Shown: positions 46,403-60,944 of the stretch, one piece after another
How positions within the stretch are numbered: position 1 is the stretch's first letter
Layout of the letters: each line of letters begins with the position of its first letter
Origin: the human T2T-CHM13v2.0 reference genome, Homo sapiens
NCBI RefSeq assembly: GCF_009914755.1
Contig: NC_060939.1
Length of the DNA stretch: 64,000 bases
Direction: 5' to 3' (one strand)
Notes under the pieces: generated by a model
Database searches by the model: none
What the model was told of the DNA's origin: nothing
What the model saw: the letters and a program-made list of their open reading frames with translations, nothing else
Program-made: the position numbers and the translations under genes

Positions 46403-47249
46403 TGTTATCGGAAAGGGGTCCCAATCCAGACCCTAAGAGAGAGTTCTTGGATCTTGTGCAAGAAAGAATTCAGAGTGAGTCCACAGTGCAAAGTGAAAGT
46501 AAGTTTATTAAGAAAGTAAAGTGGTGAAAGAATAGCTACTCACTCCATAGAGTAGGACGTTCCCGAAAGTAGGAGGATGAATGTGCCCACCCTACGTATG
46601 ATGTTTGTTTATGTATAGGATAAAAAAGGATCATGGGGAGATGTGCTCTGCTACAAGGGTTTGTGATAAAGGATTCATTTTCTTAATTACTATATTTTGC
46701 AAGAATTGATATTATTATTATTATTTTTTTTTTTGAGATGGAGTCTTGCTCTGTTGCCCAGGCTGGAGTGCAGTGGTTCGATCTTGGCTCACTGCAAACT
46801 CACCTCTCGGGTTCAAGTGATTCTCCTGCCTCAACCTCCTGAGTAGCTGGGACTACAGGCACCTGCTACCACGCCCAGCTAAGTTTTGTATTTTTAGTAG
46901 AGACGGGTTTTCACGTATTGGCCAGGCTGGTCTCAAACTCCTGACCTTGTGATCTGCCTGCCTCGGCCTGCCAAAGTGCTGGGATTACAGGCGTGAGCCA
47001 CCGTGCCTGGCCTGATATTATTTTGTTTAAAGCAAAATTAGGAATGCTTCTGTTTTCAAGATATTAGGGTATCAGGACATTCCTGAATCTGGGTATGTTT
47101 AGTAAACGTTATCAATCTGTTCCCTTAATCATAAATAGCTAGAGCCTAGGAATACCTAACTTCCTGGGAATGTAGCCCGGGAAGTCCCAGCCTCATTTTT
47201 CCTAGCCCTCACTCAAGATGGAGTTGCTCTGGTTCAAATGCCTCTAACA
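46403..47249 (-). mobile_element. Second MER41-family LTR, inverted, inside the MSTA
   Basis: TGTTATCGGAAAGGGGTCC... through CAAGATGGAGTTGCTCTGGTTCAAATGCCTCTAACA (reverse complement of a MER41 start). Confidence 0.85.
46717..47012 (-). mobile_element. AluS inside the inner MER41
   Basis: TSD TGATATTATT 46707-46716 / 47013-47022. Confidence 0.9.
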
Positions 47250-48293
47250 ACATTGCTATAAAGAGCTATTTGAGACTGGGTAATTTATAAAGAAAAGAGG
47301 TTTAATTGACACAGTTCTGCATGGCTGGGGAGGCCTCAGGAAACTTATAATCATGGCAGAAGACAAAGGGGAAGCAAGTACTTTCTTCACAGGGTGGCAG
47401 GAGAGACAGTTGGGTAGAGGGTGGGGCGGGAGTTGCCACACACTTTTAAACCATCAGATCTCGTGAGAATCCACTCACTATCATGAGAACAGCAAGGGGG
47501 AAATCCACCCCCATGATCCAGTCATCTCTCACAGGACCCCTCCTCCAATTAAACATGAGATTTGTGGGCGGGGACACAAATCCAAACCATATCAGACTCC
47601 ATCTTGAATAGAAGCTGGGTAAAATGAGGCTGCGACCTGCTGGGCCGCAGCCCCAGGAAGTCAGGCATTCTTAGTTACAGGATGTTTAGAGTTAAGGGAA
47701 CAGGTTAATAGCATTTACCAAACAGATTCAGGACTTAACAGACCAAGGAAATGTCCTGATGTCCTGATATCTTAAGAACAAAAGCATTCTGAGTTTTGCT
47801 TTAAAGATAATATCTTTAAATAATAATATCTTCTTGTGGAAGACAGTAGTTACACAAAGATGAATAATCCTGTGTCACCAGCCTTGTAGTGCAGCGCATC
47901 TCCTCCATATGGTTTTTTGCTTTGTTATTTTACATATAAACAAACATTGTACATAAGGTAGATGTGTTCCTCCTCTTGCTTTTGGGAACACCCAGCTCTG
48001 ACTGGGTTTATTGGTGGAGCCATTCTTTTATTCCTTTACTTTCTTAATAAACTTGCTTTCACTTTACTCTGTAGAATTACCCCAAATTCTTTCTGGCACG
48101 ACATCCAAGAACCATCTCTTGGGGTATGGATAAGGATCCCTTTCTGATAACAGTATTTCTCAAGAGTGGCTTGGGGTAGAGAATTTATGAAGCGTGGAAG
48201 CCACTTAGGGGGCTGTTCCTTGTGAAAGACAATGGTGGTCACTGGACTGGTGAGAAGTTAACAGATTTGAGAAGTGGGGAGGATGTCAAGTTA

Positions 48294-48966
<673 letters not shown>

Positions 48967-49860
48967 TTACTTCCAGATTTCTGGTTTGGGAAACAGGGTC
49001 ATAGTGATGGTATTTCCTGAGACCATAAACCCAGGCAGCAGAAGACAGGTCTAGGGTCTGATAGGGGATAGGAGAGGAAATCAGTTTTGGACCTGTTGAA
49101 TTGGAGGAGGCTCTGCACAATCAACTGGTTATGTTTCAGAACTTAGGAGAGAAATCTGGGCTGGAAATAAAGATTTGTGATTCATCAGCTCCTAATTAGT
49201 CTCAGTGATTCCTCTGGTAGTTGAAACTTTGAAGTGGCTAAAGTAACTCAAGGAGAGTGTAAAATGAGAAGGCTAATGAAAAACAGTGGGGGAAATCCTG
49301 CATTTAAAGGAGAGATGGGGTAATAACCACTTACAGGAAACCGAATGGAGTGGTTGGAGAAGTAGGAAAACCCATGGAGGTGGCGGGGCGGGGGAGGGCA
49401 GTGGGGGAGTGGTTGTTGCCAAAGAAAGAGCCAGAGGTCACCTAGGTCACCCATCAGCACAGATGTCTTCACACTGCTTCGCCAGCCTCTGAAAGATCAG
49501 AGGATATAACCTAACCTGCACAGGGTGTGAGCGAAGCCACAGCTCTCCACCAGCTCAGCAGTCTACCAGGTAACCCTACCTATTTAGGTAAATGTTTTGA
49601 GGTATGAGAAATATGAGATAACCTACTTCTTAACTTGTAAGCAATAAATATACGTTTTATGCCCTGAGTGCATGGCATGGCCTAGAATGAAAGGAGTAAT
49701 TTTTTTGTTTGTTTGTTTACTGATAAACCATTTGCTTCATCTGTTAAATAGAGGTGATGATACTTATAGAATAGGATAGGATTGTAAAAAACTAAGTGAA
49801 TAAATGTAGATATGTAGTGCTGAGCCTAACACACATAGGTATCCAATGAGTGAGGGTTAG

Positions 49861-50314
<454 letters not shown>

Positions 50315-50953
50315 TAAAAAATATGGCAGATTTCCATGAAGAAAAAAATGTAATTATTGATTGAATTGTGCCATTAGCATTAGAATTAGATTTATAACAA
50401 ATATGAACACTGTAGTAAACTTGCAAACAAAACAAAGCAAAAAATTGTACTTGTTATCCCCTTGTTGAATCTGGCCCTCTGTTTCAAATTAATTAGATTT
50501 TTGGTAACTATGCTAAACTTTGTCACATCCTTATTAAAATGACTGAAGAATTTTGAAGAACAGCTCAGAGGGACTCTGAAACTAATCTGAGTCTAGTACT
50601 GGAGATTCCATTAGCAATTGCAAAGCTGATTGATCTTTTACCCAGTTAGCTTATTGATTATCGCTGCAGTTACTGCATGTAACGGATTATGCAAGGGGTA
50701 ACAGGAGAAAACACGTTTTATAATTGCTGCTGATGTATTCAGTTTGGACACAATATTTCATACTCTATATAATTATTTCTGCATTTTTAAATGCTGCAAC
50801 ACTTCTAAGATAGAAAGTTTGCTTAATATTGTTTCAATATGAGGAGGTGTACTTTTAAATTTCTTAACTAATAATGCATTACAGTTTACCAAGTGCCTTC
50901 ACTAATTTTATTGCTGCAGTTTAATTTTTGAGCCTCACAGTAACCCTATATAT

Positions 50954-51262
<309 letters not shown>

Positions 51263-51733
51263 AGTAACCCTATATATTAGGGTAAATATTTTTATGCTCA
51301 TTTGGAGGAAACTGATGTTTAATAAAGTTAAATGTCTTCCTGAAGGCTACACAAGTTAATGAGTGGCAGACTTAGAATTCAACCCCATTTCAATCAGTAA
51401 ATGTTTATTAAACACCTACTATGTGCAGAGCTTTGTGTTAGGGCTAATAAATGCCAGGATAAGATTATAGACCTGAAGATGAAGTTATTTGGATAACTTG
51501 AAGTAATATTATGAAGGTTACTTTGTTACATTTCTGTCCAAGCTATTATGTTCAGTATCTTAGTGTACAAAGTTTAGGGGTGTTTTTTTGGTCGTTGCTG
51601 TTTGTTTCTTTGTTTTTTTCTTTTCTTTTGGTTTTGGTCATTTCTGCTTATTTTATCACTATTTAGAACAAAATTGGAGAGAATCCCTTTAAAGGAAGAG
51701 TATATAGAAATGACACTAATAGATCCAGATCTA

Positions 51734-52098
<365 letters not shown>

Positions 52099-54781
52099 TC
52101 ACAGCTATCCTCTGGGTAGAGCCCGTCTTGATTTTACAAATGAGTAACATGAGGCACAGTGAGCATTTTGTCATGGAGGTCACATGCTTGGAGACAACAG
52201 TTAGTGATGGAGCTCCTGGGTTTGAGCCCTCTGATTCATTCATGTGCCTTGCTCATCTCACTGAGCAGCATGGACCTGGTGGCCGGTCAGGACTGCTCTG
52301 TGCTAAGAGGTACCATGCATGGCCCTGCATTTTATCCTTATCCCATGGGGAATGCTCCGTAGGCAGTAGCCTGAGTTTCTAGGCCTAGTGCCTTGTTGGT
52401 GGCTGTTCCTCAGGGGCCAGTTGTGTAGGGCCCACACTGTGGTTTTGATTACCTCCCTTTACAGCATGTCCTTGATGGTGAATTACTTTGCTATGTGGAA
52501 CATAAGCTTCTCTATTAATACAGACACAGATCAAATGCAGTAGTCCAGCAGGAGAAAATATACTTGGATTTAGAGGAAATATAAAAAACAAAAAACACAA
52601 CCTAACTACTCGCTTTAGAGAAACTGTTAAGTGGCATACTTGATATCATTACTGTGACTGTGTTAGTCGTAGTACAGAGAGATGTTTATAGATGGCTTAA
52701 AAATTCTCACAATGATTATAAAAGTGTATATAGTTTGCCAGTTGATTTGGCACAGACCTAAAATGAAAGGAAAACCATTTTTATTTATTTATTCTGTGAG
52801 GTAAATAAATAAAGCTGGAAAACAGGTCAATTTCATGCATGCGAGGTTTTATAGTAGGAAAAAAAAGCATTGCACCTGTTCTGACCCTTTACATTTGAGG
52901 TTATTTGTTTTCAAACTTGACCCCAAGCACCAGTTTTAGACATCTCTATAATTAACTTGTTAGATAAAGCATAAGGATATTTTATTTGTCTTTATTTCTA
53001 GGATAATGGCAAAGTAGTAACTGAAATTACTAGCCTATTGTACATAGCAGTTAATTAAAGAAAAGCATTAACTATAGGAGAACACCACCACTGCTGTTGT
53101 CTTGTATCAGTACAAAAAGGCAGTAATTTTTTTGACAGCCACTGATTGGAAAGTTGCTTGCAGCCTTCCAGAAGCAAGGGGGTACATGCTGTGGATCAAT
53201 AACCGGCAAATTTCCCATTAAAAAGAATACCTGAGCAATGTTCCAAATAGCCACTGGCATCTTAATTTTCCATGGAAACCTCAAATACTTGTGTGCCGAG
53301 GACAAGTCATTTTCGGACAATTTTTCCAGACTACTTGTTAACAGTTATTGCTGTCCCAAAAGGTTGACAGCCTACATGATTGATATTTCATTTACTTGTC
53401 ATCACTGTTTGAGTAATGGCGAGTGCTGTATTTCTGTGGTTTTAAGGAACAGAATCTCCTGAAAGACATTTGCCTTAGTATGTATTCCAGAGAGTGTTTC
53501 ACATGTTTATGCCGTATGTATATAAGTTTTTATGTCTGTAGAAGGAGAGAATCACTTTCTTTACAGTTTGAAACCCTTTGGAGAGCTGGGTACACTTTTA
53601 TCAGTGTGTAGCTATCCAACATCCACCTTCACTTTATTTGTTATTAGTGCGAACAGCCTTAGATGTATTAACTTGTGATTCCCAAAATGATGTGGCATTT
53701 TATAGCTCCCCTTTATTTTCAAGAGGAAAAAAAAAACCCTTGCTCTTGTAATAATTTTAATGTACATAAAAGCAATAGGAAGATATATGTGATATCTTCT
53801 AAAAAAAAACTTTTAAAGAATGTCAGCAAACAATAGTAATCAAGGAGGGATTTCCTAAACATATCGTATTTAAATAATATGCACATGTTTTTAATATAGA
53901 AACAGTGAGGATGAAAAGGATGTTCTGCTCTTTGACAGCCCCTCAAAACATAAAATCAGCAGTTTTCATTGTGGATATTTTTCCACTAGGAGCATCACTT
54001 TGTTATTTGTCGAGCATTATAAGATGTGAGAGCACAGAAGCCATCTCCAAGTTAGGTGGACATATGCTTACAAATTAGCGGAGTGGTAATCAAACCACAG
54101 TACCACCTACTGAATAATTTGTGTTTACTAAGGAGTGTGAAAGCTTTTTCACTTAGAACTTTATTTTTTGTGTGCAGAATTTTACAGTGCAATTTGATCC
54201 GTACTAAAGTGTTTATAAGGCTAAAGCATAAAAGGTATGTTTGTTTGAAACTAGGCTACCTTTTTATCATGTTAATCCTGTCATCTTTGGATGGGTCATA
54301 TTTTGTTTGCTATTTCCACAGTCTCTGTGATTTCGATTTCCATTATCTGTGCATTTTATACACAAATTGAATAATGTTTGATTAACTGGCATGTAGGTCC
54401 AAGCCCAGTGTGAAGCTTCTTCATTTTGCTTTGCAAAATCCAGGGAAAAAGAGCAAGAGGCAATTTGGGAAATTCCACTAAAATGCTTTATGTGTCGTCT
54501 AAATATATATCATTTTCAAATATTTCTTAAATACTAATATAAAGTCTTAATCAACACTTTTACTCTTAAAGATAAATGCCAGGGTGAAGGCTAACACACT
54601 GGACTTTCAATCCTAAATATTCACTATAGTCATTTTGATGTGCCAGTAGGGGAAAAGTATTCTCAAGGCTGACATGTATATACCAGCAATTTACAAAAGT
54701 ACTGTGAATTAAACAACCCATAAGTGTCTGTTCCAGTATTCATACATTACTGAGTGATCTCTTTCTATAATCTCTTTGCAG

Positions 54782-54851
54782 TATTATTCCACAGTAATGG
54801 AACAGCAAGTAAATGGACAGTTAATAGAGCCTCTGCAGATATTTCCAAGAG
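54782..54851 (+). CDS. MAP2K5: MAP2K5 exon 4 (70 nt) YYSTVMEQQVNGQLIEPLQIFPR; contains Met90 (ATG 54797-54799)
   Basis: tctctttgcAG| acceptor; AG|GTAATG donor; phases match. Confidence 0.97.
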
Positions 54852-56083
54852 GTAATGTTGAGCAAATTCTAATCAACAATGATTATTTCAGTAAACTGTT
54901 TCATCAACAGTTATGTTTCCAAAGGTTTAAATGCACATAACATGATGTTTAGCTCTTAATTCGAAAAACAAAAGAAGTATTCATTATCGTGGGGATTGCA
55001 GGCTATATTATAGTTATGGCAGATAAAATATCTAATTTACTAGAGTAAATTAAACTAACTAGATTGTTTTTTGTTTTTGAAGTACATACTTACATTAGCT
55101 TAAAGAACTCTTTTGGGGGTCCACATGGTTTCTAAAGCAAGGCAAATGAATGACTTTAATTCTGGATATTTATAAATTGTGGCTCATGATGGTGGCCAAA
55201 GCTGCTATTGAGGAGAAAGCTTTCAGTTAGCACAGAAGCGAAGATTTACTGAGGTGTTAGGAGAGAAATTTTGGTGGAATGTTTGGTATCTGGTTTTTTG
55301 AGGAGGTATTTTCTAAATAATTGAAATTCTTCATAAATGGAAATTTGATTATCTCCAAAAATATGAGCTGATGAGAGTAAGTTTCAGTGAATCACTTGGT
55401 CAGATAATTTTCTTTTTCCCTTTTAGGTTTGGCAGTACTATCCTTGTATCAGATATGATTGTTCAACCGTGTATAAATGTTCCCTCAAAATTTGAATAAT
55501 GGTGAACAAGAACAGTTTAATTATATAAACCATTAAGTCTTTCACCCGTTATACATTGCCCCACTTGGAATCCATGTTTTCTAACTAATGGAACAGATAA
55601 GGAAATTCTCTAAGTAACCCTTCTAGAAATAACTTAATTGAAATAATTAAAAGTTAAACTTACCTTCGTTAACTGATACTGTACAAATAATCATGGTATG
55701 AGTTTTCCAATTAAACATTCTAGACTTTCATTACTTGTAACTCTCTGAAGTTTGAATGGCTCAATTAACCAGTAGGCTCCTATTTGCACTGATAAAGTCT
55801 CCAAAGGCAGCTGTCTTGGCCAACCCACAAGAAGATCTGGGTTCAAGAATAATACTGCTCTTCCAGCATATGTGTGGGCAGCAGAATCAGGAGTGCTTAG
55901 TATATTACTAGTAACTTATTGAAGTGCTAAGTAAGTACAGTTGGGCTATTTAAGGCCAGTGATAGTCCAAAACAAGGATTGTGATTAATCCACTTCTGTT
56001 GTACTTGAAGATTAAGCACCAAAACAGAAAAAAAGAAATGTTGCTATTTCTGTTTATTAGTCCAATGATTAGGATGTAGATGA

Positions 56084-56388
56084 TTTCTTTTTTTTTTTTT
56101 TTTTTTTCGAGACAGAGTCTCGCTCTGCCACCAGGCTGGAGTGCAGTGGTGCAATCTCAGCTCACCGCAACCTCTGACTCCCTGGTTCAAGTGATTCTCC
56201 TGCCTCAGCCTCCTGAGTAGCTGGGATTACAGGCTCGTGTCACCACACCCAGCTAATTTTTGTATTTTTAGCAGAGACAGGGTTTTACCATGTTGGCCAG
56301 GATGGTCTTGATCTCCTGACCTCATGATCCACTCCCCTCGGCCTCCCAAAGTGCTGGGATTACAGGCGTGAGCCACCGCGCCCAGCCA
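56084..56388 (-). mobile_element. Alu (AluSc-like)
   Basis: Reverse dimer. Confidence 0.88.
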
Positions 56389-56565
56389 GGAGGCAGATTA
56401 TTTCTTAATGTTTGCAGTGACTGGAGAATTTGGGCAAGTTTCAAAATTCTTTCTTCACAAGGAGTAGTATTTTACAAACTGAAAATTTCCATTAATTTCT
56501 CTATTGACATTATAGCTCTGCCATAGAAAACCCTAATTGCAGTATCCTGGAGAAATATACTTCCA

Positions 56566-56848
56566 GGCAGGGCACAGTGGTTCATGCCTGTAATCTCAGC
56601 ACTTTGGGAAGCTGAGGCAGGTGGATTGCTTGAGCTCAAGAGTTTGAGACCAGCTTGGGCAACATGTCAAAACCCTGTCTCTACCAAAAAAATACAAAAA
56701 TTAGCCGGGCGTGGTGCACACTCCTGTTGTCCCAGCTACTTGGTGGGCTGAGGTGGGAGGATGGCTTGAGCCCAAGAGGTTGAGGCTACAGTGAGCCATG
56801 TTTGTGCCACTGTACTCCAGCCTGAGTGACAGAGCAATACATTGTCTC

Positions 56849-56881
<33 letters not shown>
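56566..56881 (+). mobile_element. AluJb-like with (CA)n tail (56852-56881)
   Basis: Full dimer plus microsatellite. Confidence 0.88.
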
Positions 56882-56883
<2 letters not shown>

Positions 56884-57770
56884 CCAATGTTGTGGGTCTT
56901 CATTTGTCTCTAAAAAATTTTTTTTAGTTATCTTCATCCAAATTCTTTCAAGTTTTGTTTGTTTTCTTTCCTTTTGTGAGCAGTCCTGTCATTCTCACTG
57001 TTCATCGCATTATGCTTCTTCCCATGATAATCACAACCATTTTTAGATGTCTGCTCTGTTAAGGCATTAATATTGCTTTACGCATCATCATCTGTAATCC
57101 TCCTGATAGTTCTGCCTATTAGGTATTACTGTTTCCAATTTATAGATGAGAATATTGAGATTCAGAGAGGTTAAGTAACTTCAGAGTCACACAGCTTATA
57201 AGTGCTTACTATGCCCTTTGAGTAAGAATTTCATTTAAATTATAATATGATTAAAATGGAAAGGCATATATATTAAAATATAATTAGAGTGTGCATGGGA
57301 GTAGTTTGGAGGGCTTGTTTTGGAGTGGAGAGGAGTATGTTATGGGGAGAGGATACTTAAAGGAGGAAATTATATGAGATGTCATTGTCATATGTAGTCT
57401 TAGCATAAAACCCACTAGGCTGCAATAAATTGTTAAACATAGTCTTTCTGAGCCAAATTTAAATATTTCAGAATATGAGACTGTCTTTTTATTTCTGTGT
57501 TTTTTTAATATGCTATGGTGTAATTGTTTCTAGTTTTTGGTAGTCTTTTGCTTTTTGCTACCTGTCTACATCGAATGTACATTTTATCATATGTAGATAA
57601 GTGAAATTATGCAAATTTACATAATCGACATGTAGACATACTGGGTATATTTCCTGTGTCTACCTAGTTGGTTAGAGGCCCTCAGATCTTAAATTTTATG
57701 GTTAGGCCCCATGTTAAAAAGAATCTTTAGACTGAACAAGTAGGAAGGATAGGAGAAAATGATTGTTTCC

Positions 57771-58078
57771 TTATTTATTTATTTATTTATTTATTTATTT
57801 TGGAGACAGAGTCTCACTCTATCACCCAGGCTGGAGTGCAGTGTGTGCTCACTGCAGCCTTTATGTCCCCAGGCTGGAGCAGTTCTCTCGCCTCAGCTCC
57901 TGAGTAGCTGGGGCTACAGGCATGTGCCACCACGCTGGGCATTTTTTTTTAATTTTTTAATAGCGACAAGGTATCACAGTGTTGCCCAGGCTGGTGTCAA
58001 ACTCCTGAGCTCAAGCAATCCTCCCACCACCACTTCTCCAAGTGCTGGGATGAAAGGCATGAGCCACCATGCCTGGCC
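57771..58078 (-). mobile_element. AluJ with (TTTA)n tail
   Basis: Diverged reverse dimer. Confidence 0.85.
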
Positions 58079-58660
58079 ATAATTCTGATGTAATAACATG
58101 TTCTCCTCATTCCAAGTAGCACAGTTGCCTTGGATAGTAACTCCCAGGTCATGGCTAAGTCCTCTACATTGTTAAAAGATATGTTAAATATTAATAAGTG
58201 TGAACATTGACTAGCTTTATAGTAATTCCTGACCCGATAACTTTAGGAAATATGAGGTTACTGGGTTTTTTGACTGCTGTTTACATCTCCAGTTATAAAA
58301 GTTTGAGAAGTCAATTGAGGAGTGAGGCAGATGTTAAGGTTAGAGATAAGAGTTGATGTTTGTCTCTGATTCCTTGGCTAGCCACTTTGTTTAAATGAAA
58401 TTTATGAATGCACTGCTTACTTCAGTGGAAATATTTTGAAGTGTTGTCTTAGGAAGTATTGATGGTCCCTCAAGGACCAGACGTCAAATGCATGTGACTG
58501 TAGTTCAAAAGGTTAATTTCCATTTTAAGGAAAGAAGATTTTGAGTCTTAATTTTAATGCATTTTAGAAAGGCAAGTAAAAACATTTTGTTATGGTTTAG
58601 ATATATTTTCTAGGAAAAATAACATAATAAATTTGAGTATATTTGGAATATACAAAATGA

Positions 58661-59024
<364 letters not shown>

Positions 59025-59920
59025 CATTACCCACATCTTATTATTAAACAGCTCTATTTCTTGTTGTCAGAAACAGGAAAACGACATGTACATCTGAGAG
59101 AGGAGCAAAAAAAAAAAAAAAAAAAATCAAATTAATTCGTCCCCAAACAATCAATCAAAATTGATGGCCCCTTAACATACAATTTGTAGGGCACTATAGT
59201 TTTCAAATAGAAGCAGTCTATAACATGGGCAGGAGGCTTTTGTATTTTTAACATTTGTTGAAGAAGCATTTGCTGAATTGGAAAAGTACTAACCTGTAAC
59301 TCAAGATGGTGTCAGGAAATTAATATTCTTTTTTCCTGGCACTGCCTTATCTCTAGGACTAAATCTTAGCATATGTCAAGATTTGCAAGAAATGTAATAA
59401 AATTAGTTATATATCTGTATTTTAATACATTTGACTGCTTATGGCTGTGCAAAGTAGTATTCAAACTAGAATGTTCCATCGTAGAATCCCTAGCAATCTT
59501 TTTGGCATTAAAACATCCTTTTCTCACCCCGCTTGCTCACAAAAAAATCCCTTAGCTCTTTTCAAAGTAGTTTAAGTGATAGCAGATATACAATGTAATA
59601 GAATGAGGACAGATTGCAGAAATTTGAATTATGAAAGGAATCTAATCATTTTAGCTCAGTTAACTTGATTTTTATATGTTTTAAGCAGAAATTGGAATTT
59701 ATATGAGGTGGTGTCAGAAAGCTCTTTGCATTTATAAATGCTCACTCCTGCAAGTTAAAACCCTGGTTCATAATTCCCACTTTGGGTCTTGGGAGCCACT
59801 TTTCAATCATTTCTCTCTGCTAATTTTGGTGTCACCCTCATTTCTTTTTAAACGATTCATTTTGAGCAAATTTGTAAATGGCCCTGATGTGTTCTACAAT
59901 TTAGTCAATTACTGTTTCAG

Positions 59921-59961
59921 CCTGCAAGCCTCCTGGGGAACGGAACATACATGGCCTGAAG
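59921..59961 (+). CDS. MAP2K5: MAP2K5 exon 5 (41 nt) (A)CKPPGERNIHGLK
   Basis: tgtttcAG| acceptor; AAG|GTACGA donor; matches MEK5. Confidence 0.96.
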
Positions 59962-60876
59962 GTACGAATTTCAATAATTGTTTCAGTAAAGTTAGATGGA
60001 TTTGTAATGCTGTGTTCCACTTATTGAAATGTCAAATAAAACTGCACTTTCTCAAGCTCTGACAAGCGATCCTTTTATTTTTTTTAAATGGGAGGTGGAG
60101 GGGGATTCATCTGTAGTATTTGCTCAGTATGTGTATATATTTGCATACTGGGGGTTTGGTACTGTATTTTCAATTATTTGGAATTGTTTTGTTGGTCAGT
60201 GTCTTCAGGATAATCCTAGGTGCTGGTATCTACAAAGATTTTAGTAAGAATATAGACTTCATTTCAGTGATTAATTAAGCACATAAGCATATTGCACATG
60301 GAATACCCTCTCTTGACATATTTATGCTAGAAACATATATCTAGTTAATGTCTTTTCATTCTGTGTATTTTGAATTCTGGATTTCTGTTTAGGGCTTCAC
60401 ATCTGAAAGAAAAGCTGGCTTTTGTATTAGGCTCAAATATTTCATAATTAATTATTTGGACCTCATTTTTTAGTGAATAAGAAACATTCTACATACAGTG
60501 TTCTGCTTGGTTGCAGAGCTGGAAGGATATAACTTGAGGTTCACTACTAACCCCTGGGTATATTCTTAATGTACTTTTTGAACATACTGTTTTTATATGT
60601 ATTCTAGACAGTGAGTTGGATTTTCACACTGTTTATGTCTCCTTTTTCATCACTGTTTAAGTATTTAATGGAATAATGACAGGAATAGAATATTATGTAA
60701 TGTATGGGTTATACGGTTTTGTAACCTATATACTGAATAGACTCCAACTGTGGGTTTGTCTAGCAACAAGCTAATTAACCTTCATAGTGAAATGAGAAAT
60801 TTGTGGCAAATTATAGGTTAATTAGAACTGTGTCCTCAGAACACAAGACTGATCAAGATTCTTTCTTTACTTATAG

Positions 60877-60944
60877 GTGAATACTCGGGCCGGACCCTCT
60901 CAACACAGCAGCCCAGCAGTCTCAGATTCACTTCCAAGCAATAG
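60877..60944 (+). CDS. MAP2K5: MAP2K5 exon 6 (68 nt) VNTRAGPSQHSSPAVSDSLPSN(S)
   Basis: ctttctttacttatAG| acceptor; AG|GTGCGA donor; matches MEK5. Confidence 0.96.

Larger units (their letters stand above)
46384..47594. mobile_element. MSTA-like MaLR LTR, split at 46402/47250
   Basis: TGTTAGTCTGTTTTC...CATTGCTATAAAGAG...GAGACTGGGTAATTTATAAAG...CCAAACCATATCA; 5-bp TSD AACTC/GACTC. Confidence 0.88.
46355..48152 (+). mobile_element. MER41-family ERV1 solo LTR (outer), split at 46383/47595
   Basis: Starts TGTCAGAGGCATTTGAGCCATAGCAACTC, resumes GACTCCATCTTGAATAG..., ends ...TTTCTGATAACA; 4-bp TSD ATAT/GTAT. Confidence 0.85.

Noticed and set aside
49511-49575. Possible cryptic exon ending in CAG|GTAACC
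   Set aside because: CTAAC is too close to the AG and there is no polypyrimidine tract; no other support.
59107-59126. Isolated A20 run as a possible retrocopy tail
   Set aside because: No recognisable upstream element or TSD.
59703-60062. 119-aa ORF spanning exon 5
   Set aside because: Non-ATG-supported reading in a frame shifted from MEK5; runs through intron sequence.
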